A stretch of 64,000 nucleotides of DNA from a virus (taxonomy: Duplodnaviria > Caudoviricetes): IMG/VR virus record IMGVR_UViG_3300024232_000009, positions 24,243-88,242 of that record. One strand, written 5' to 3'. Of the stretch, positions 59,719 to 64,000 are shown piece by piece (position 1 is the stretch's first letter; each line of letters starts with the position of its first letter). The notes below the pieces were generated by a model. It was not told the origin of the DNA. It saw nothing but the letters and a program-made list of their open reading frames with translations, and made no database searches. The position numbers and the translations under genes are program-made.

Positions 59719-60599
59719 TGCCAACAAAAACAATCGAAGCCGAACAGACAGACCTCGGGATCGACACGCCAATCGCACAGGACGTCGCTGTGCGACACGA
59801 GGGAGCAATCGAAACGGCGAACCAAGGCGAGATTGTCCGGAGCGCGATCCTGGAACTCGCGCGTGATCCGTCATTCGACGTGGCGAAGCTGCAGGCTCTC
59901 ACCGCGATGCAAGAGCGGGCCGAGGACCGCCAAGCCCTACGCGCATTCGCCGTCGACATGGCAGCGGCACAGTCCGAGTGTCAGGCCGTGGTGCGCAACG
60001 CCGAGGTCAAACTCGGCAAGGAGGGCGAGAACAAGGGCGGTTACCGCTATGCCGCGCTCGAGGACATCGACGAGATGATCCGCCCGATCATGACCAAGTA
60101 TGGCTTCTCAGTTACCTACGACAGGGCCCCCCGACAGGGCGACGGAGGCGGGTTCGTGGTCACTGGCACGCTTTGGCATCGGGGAGGGCACAACATCACC
60201 GCCTCGTTCCCTCTGCCGCTGGACAGCGGCCCAGGCCGCGGGAACCTCCAGGCCGCAGGCTCGACCGACACCTACGGTCAGAAATACATCCTGATTGGGT
60301 TCTTCCGAATTGTGCGAAAGGGTGCTGATGACGATGGAGTTGCCGCCGGCGGTCTACCGATCACCTTCGATGAGGCCGCGCAGATCAAGATCATGGTCGA
60401 GGAAGCCGGGCTTGGTGAAGGACTTGGACCCGACGAACGCAAGACTATCATTGTCGAGTGGTTCAACGACATGCTCGGCTACGCACTTCCGAAGGGCTAC
60501 ATTTCAATCCGCCAGGAGGACAACGTCCGCGTGCGGCGCGCGCTGTTGAGCCTGAAGGCCAAGCACCTGACCTCCATCGAACAGAAGGTCAAACTCTGA
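59718..60599 (+). CDS. ERF-family ssDNA-annealing protein
   Basis: YRYAALEDI...I.PI..KYGFS, Q..GS..TYGQKY. Confidence 0.85.
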   Translation: MPTKTIEAEQTDLGIDTPIAQDVAVRHEGAIETANQGEIVRSAILELARDPSFDVAKLQALTAMQERAEDRQALRAFAVDMAAAQSECQAVVRNAEVKLGKEGENKGGYRYAALEDIDEMIRPIMTKYGFSVTYDRAPRQGDGGGFVVTGTLWHRGGHNITASFPLPLDSGPGRGNLQAAGSTDTYGQKYILIGFFRIVRKGADDDGVAAGGLPITFDEAAQIKIMVEEAGLGEGLGPDERKTIIVEWFNDMLGYALPKGYISIRQEDNVRVRRALLSLKAKHLTSIEQKVKL

Positions 60600-61357
60600 T
60601 GCCGAAGTTCCTCACGCACATCGAGGGGACGGAGAACCTACTGGCCCAAGGGAGCCCAGAGTGGCGCGAACTACGCATGGGGCGAGCAACCGCATCCAGC
60701 TTTGATCGGATACTCAGCGAGGCCACCGGCCAATGGAAGACAGGCCGCACGAAAGGCACCACGGGATCGGCTGAAAAATATGCTCGCGAAGTGGCGGTTC
60801 AACGCCTTCTGAAGGAGGACACCGAGAAACCGATTGACGGGCTATATTGGGTCGAGAGAGGGAAGAAAGAGGAGCCAAACGCCGTCAAACATTACGAGAC
60901 GGTGCGTGGGAGAACCACCGACGCGATCGGTATCATCATATCGGACGACGGCACTCGGGCGTGCTCACCAGATCGAATTAGCACTGACCGCCTATGGGGC
61001 GTCGAAATCAAAGTGCCTTCCGCCGCGCAGCACCTCCAATACATGGTGGAAGGGCCCGGCGCTGACTATCGCTGGCAGGTTGTCGGCTCAATCCTGGTTT
61101 CGGGATTCGATGGTTGGGATTTCGTAAGCTATAGTCCGAACCTGAAGGAAGTGATCATCCCGTACCGCCGAGAGGATTACCTAGACGATATTGAAGCGCT
61201 CGACAGGGCACTGATCCGCTTTGAGGCGTTGGTTCAGGAATATTGCGACATCATGAAACGCGATGGCATCGTGGAAGTTCTGACGGGTTCAACGCGGTCG
61301 GACAGCGAGTGGCAGCGAATGTTGGAAGCAGATTCCGGCATGTGGGCCCTGGGTTAA
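60599..61357 (+). CDS. YqaJ/lambda-exonuclease-like nuclease
   Basis: QGSPEW..LR.G..TAS, ACSPD, VEIKVP, WQV.G, DFVSY.P. Confidence 0.88.
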   Translation: MPKFLTHIEGTENLLAQGSPEWRELRMGRATASSFDRILSEATGQWKTGRTKGTTGSAEKYAREVAVQRLLKEDTEKPIDGLYWVERGKKEEPNAVKHYETVRGRTTDAIGIIISDDGTRACSPDRISTDRLWGVEIKVPSAAQHLQYMVEGPGADYRWQVVGSILVSGFDGWDFVSYSPNLKEVIIPYRREDYLDDIEALDRALIRFEALVQEYCDIMKRDGIVEVLTGSTRSDSEWQRMLEADSGMWALG

Positions 61358-61452
61358 TAGGAAAGATCGATATCTTGAGCGTTGAGATCGGATTCGACTA
61401 TCCGAGAATGACAGGATTTGTTAATATCGTTCTCTCATTACGGAGAACCGAA

Positions 61453-62178
61453 ATGCGGTTCATCGATCTAACGGGACAATGGTTCGGTCGTCTGATTGTC
61501 GAATCTCTCTCGGGAAAAGTTCCATCAGGAAACCGAACGCGTCCAATGTGGAACTGTCGATGCGACTGCGGACGAACAACAATCACTACCACCGGTAGCT
61601 TAAGGAGCGGTGATACACGCTCTTGTGGGTGCCTGGTGGTGGAGATGATGACGCGGCCAATCCCAAACATCGAAGCGATTGCACGAGACTACAACAGCAA
61701 AATTTCCCTCGCGTCTCTCGAAAGCAAGTACAACATACCACGAAGCACCATTCGATTACATCTCATCGCATTTGGCGTTCAGATGCGGAAGGTATCGGAC
61801 TGGATGCAAGACTATCCAGATCTTGGCTCCCGTACGCGCGGTCGGCGGTTTACAATGACTGACGAACACAAAGAGAATATACGTGCCGCTCGTATTGAGT
61901 GGGGGGAGAAGAATGCCGTCGGCGTTAGCCTGAAGCCAAGCGGTTACGTGGAATACACAAGAGGACCGAACAAAGGTCGCGGGGTTCACCGAGTTCTGGC
62001 TGAAAAACGTGAAGGACGCCAACTTCTGCGTAGCGAGCACGTTCACCACGATGATGAAATCAAAAGCAATAACGACCCGAGTAATCTGAAGCTGCTCCCT
62101 CTCAGAGAACATATGCGGCTTCATGCCCTAAAGAATGTAAAACTAAGAAAGAGAGACGCCCGTGGACGCTTCAGTTAA
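61453..62178 (+). CDS. HNH homing endonuclease
   Basis: DLTGQWFGRL...WNCRCDCG...SCGC N-terminus; VHR...VHH.DE.KSNN.PSNL HNH. Confidence 0.85.
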   Translation: MRFIDLTGQWFGRLIVESLSGKVPSGNRTRPMWNCRCDCGRTTITTTGSLRSGDTRSCGCLVVEMMTRPIPNIEAIARDYNSKISLASLESKYNIPRSTIRLHLIAFGVQMRKVSDWMQDYPDLGSRTRGRRFTMTDEHKENIRAARIEWGEKNAVGVSLKPSGYVEYTRGPNKGRGVHRVLAEKREGRQLLRSEHVHHDDEIKSNNDPSNLKLLPLREHMRLHALKNVKLRKRDARGRFS

Positions 62179-62632
62179 TCTTGCCATCATTCAGGGTAAT
62201 TTGGGCCGCGATCCTGAAATCCATAACACGCAGTCTGGCGGCAAGATCGCCAATATGACAATCGCCACATCCGAGCGGTGGAAGGACCGTGCATCGGGGG
62301 AGCGGAAAGAAAAAACTGAGTGGATCCGCGTGTGCGTGTTCAATGAAGCGCTGGTCAACGTCATCGAGCGGTACGTCAAAAAGGGCTCGACAATTTATGT
62401 CGAGGGCGAGCTTCGCACCCGCAAATGGCAAGATAGGGAAGGTGTAGAGCGACACACCACCGAGGTCGTGCTGACCCAGATGCGCGGCGTCCTGAAGCTC
62501 ATGGGGTCGCCGAAGCGCGAAGGCGGGGCATCCGCCGGCGATGGCTACGAACAGCGACAGGCGACCCGCACCGACGCCCGGGGCAACCCGCAATACAGCG
62601 GGGGCGACCTCGACGACGAGGTGCCATTCTAG
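62162..62632 (+). CDS. ssb: Single-stranded DNA-binding protein
   Basis: GNLGRDPE, ATSERWKD, TEWIRV, VEGELRTRKW, acidic DDEVPF tail. Confidence 0.93.
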   Translation: MDASVNLAIIQGNLGRDPEIHNTQSGGKIANMTIATSERWKDRASGERKEKTEWIRVCVFNEALVNVIERYVKKGSTIYVEGELRTRKWQDREGVERHTTEVVLTQMRGVLKLMGSPKREGGASAGDGYEQRQATRTDARGNPQYSGGDLDDEVPF

Positions 62633-63024
62633 TGGTTGCATACTCGTTTCGTCCACAGTTTCGCGCCCCGATTATCGCTGGCACAAAGCAGCAGACCATC
62701 AGGGCAGACCGAAAACGGCACGCTCGGGAGGGCGAGACGCTGCAACTCTACACCGGCATGCGAACGCGCCAGTGCAAGGCGATCGGGACTGCGACGTGTT
62801 TCACGGTGCAGCCGATCCGCATTGAGGTCGAGAACGCCGTTATCGGCACTCAGACCGGGCGCACGCTGACCACGATCGACGAACTGGACAACTTCGCCCG
62901 CATGGACGGGTTCGACGACTGGAAGGCCATGCGGGCGTTCTGGCACGAGAATCACCCTGATACCCCGGTCTTCTCGGGCGTTCTGATTCGCTGGACCAAC
63001 TTCAAGGAAGCACCAACCCCATGA
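62632..63024 (+). CDS. ASCH-domain protein
   Basis: YSF...I.AGTKQQTIR, LQLYTGMRT, FARMDGF. Confidence 0.8.
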   Translation: MVAYSFRPQFRAPIIAGTKQQTIRADRKRHAREGETLQLYTGMRTRQCKAIGTATCFTVQPIRIEVENAVIGTQTGRTLTTIDELDNFARMDGFDDWKAMRAFWHENHPDTPVFSGVLIRWTNFKEAPTP

Positions 63025-63167
63025 GACTGGCCATCCTCGCGCTACTCGCCCTGTCCGCGTGTGCAACGCCGCCGGCCCGGCCTAACGCCCCCGTCCAGGA
63101 GTGCATCCTGTCCCACGCCTACCGGGATGTCACGACCGGAGAAATCACCTGCGGGTTCGGTCCATGA
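63021..63167 (+). CDS. 48-aa lipoprotein; not in ORF track
   Basis: MRLAILALLALSAC lipobox; ATGA overlap. Confidence 0.6.
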   Translation: MRLAILALLALSACATPPARPNAPVQECILSHAYRDVTTGEITCGFGP

Positions 63168-63198
63168 CCGACACCGACGCTGCGTTGTCCGAGGGAGC

Positions 63199-63519
63199 CT
63201 AACTCTTCGGTGCCGGCGTTGCCGCGATTGGAGCCGCCACCACTGGCGCCTGAGATGGGTTCGGCGGCGGCGACACGGGGATTGCGCCGACGGCGGCACA
63301 AGCGGCTGCCACGGACGCTGCCGAGCGTCCTGTCACGCTGATCGGTGCGCCGGCTGCATCCGCGAGCGCGACCACGAGCGAACCGGCTGCGGAAGCTCTG
63401 GCGCAAAATAGCTGCCCCTGAACAATCGCACGGTCGATCTTCGCATTGGTGGTGTCGCTGCACCCAGCGAGCGTGCACCCGGCGAGCGCGAGAATTCCGA
63501 TGAGGATGGCGGGCTTCAT
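63199..63519 (-). CDS. Lipoprotein (possible spanin component)
   Basis: LAGC lipobox (twice); next to the holin-like gene. Confidence 0.6.
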   Translation of the reverse strand: MKPAILIGILALAGCTLAGCSDTTNAKIDRAIVQGQLFCARASAAGSLVVALADAAGAPISVTGRSAASVAAACAAVGAIPVSPPPNPSQAPVVAAPIAATPAPKS

Positions 63520-63800
63520 GGTGTGGTTCCTTGTGCTGGAGTAGCCTGCGCGGCGATTACCGCGTCTTTCGCCTGACTGGATTTGCTTGAACCGAAATAG
63601 AAACCGCCAACCCCGCTCCCGAGCCCAAACACAAACCCGAGCACGAGCTTAATATTGCCGTCGTCCCCGTGGAGCAGGACCGCACCGACCGTGCCGGCGA
63701 CGATGGCCATGGTCACGCCGGCGAGGATGAACTGAGGGGAGATGAGGCTGTCATTGGTGCTCGCCGCGACGATCGCGGGGGTGGGAGTGGTGCCGCTCAT
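63516..63800 (-). CDS. Holin-like membrane protein
   Basis: Two TM helices, FYFGSSKSSQAKD tail. Confidence 0.7.
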   Translation of the reverse strand: MSGTTPTPAIVAASTNDSLISPQFILAGVTMAIVAGTVGAVLLHGDDGNIKLVLGFVFGLGSGVGGFYFGSSKSSQAKDAVIAAQATPAQGTTP

Positions 63801-63973
63801 TTCGAGGATCCAATCGCAACGGGTGATTTAGCGGGCTTGCGCGGACACATCGGATTCTCGCACTCTTTGTTCGCGCCAGATGGGCAGATACAGCCAACGG
63901 GTAGTACCGGGAGCGCCATTGGAAATGCCGGATACTGTCCTGGCATCCAAGGAGGCAGATCGCCGGCACTCAT
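63797..63973 (-). CDS. 58-aa Pro/Cys-rich protein; not in ORF track
   Basis: GCICP....CENP.CPRK; ATGA overlaps on both sides. Confidence 0.55.
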   Translation of the reverse strand: MSAGDLPPWMPGQYPAFPMALPVLPVGCICPSGANKECENPMCPRKPAKSPVAIGSSK

Positions 63974-64000
63974 CCCTTCACATCCTTTTCCAATCGGAAG

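Noticed and set aside
1-64000. Reverse transcriptase/DGR/retron, group I/II introns, toxin-antitoxin pairs, rRNA
   Set aside because: No YxDD-type RT, no intron-interrupted core genes other than the intein, no convincing toxin gene and no rRNA-like sequence were seen.

Overview
The window is almost entirely one high-GC tailed-phage genome segment, with no recognisable host housekeeping genes. It has P22-like (podovirus-type) morphogenesis genes and a probable alphaproteobacterial host, inferred from GcrA-like and GapR-like genes. From 1 to ~31.2 kb (minus strand) lie tail and head-closure genes (a gp10-like gene split in two, gp4-like), glycosyltransferases, HAD phosphatase and 2OG oxygenase, a decoration-like protein, P22-type coat, scaffold and portal. 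This stretch continues with ~25 small ORFs, an intein-containing TerL, TerS and an HNH nuclease, and a plus-strand tRNA-Gly(GCC) sits inside it. From 31.3 to 38.5 kb (plus) is a divergent accessory operon with a Ycf46-like AAA ATPase module. From 38.6 to 55.5 kb (minus) are DNA methyltransferases, replication genes, homing endonucleases, GcrA/GapR-like genes and Cro, with no CI or integrase seen. From 55.7 to 63.2 kb (plus) are recombination genes (SbcC-like ATPase, DnaQ-like exonuclease, ERF, YqaJ, SSB), followed by holin and lipoprotein genes on the minus strand. The most striking unexplained structure is at 48.8-51.3 kb. A small serine recombinase with a res-like, divergent-promoter region is followed by eight direct copies of a 12-bp resolvase-half-site-like motif (ACCAAACGGACA); six of the seven intervening segments each hold exactly one small unrelated gene. 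This is an integron-like cassette array apparently built on a serine recombinase. All family assignments come from motif recognition by eye; no database searches were run.
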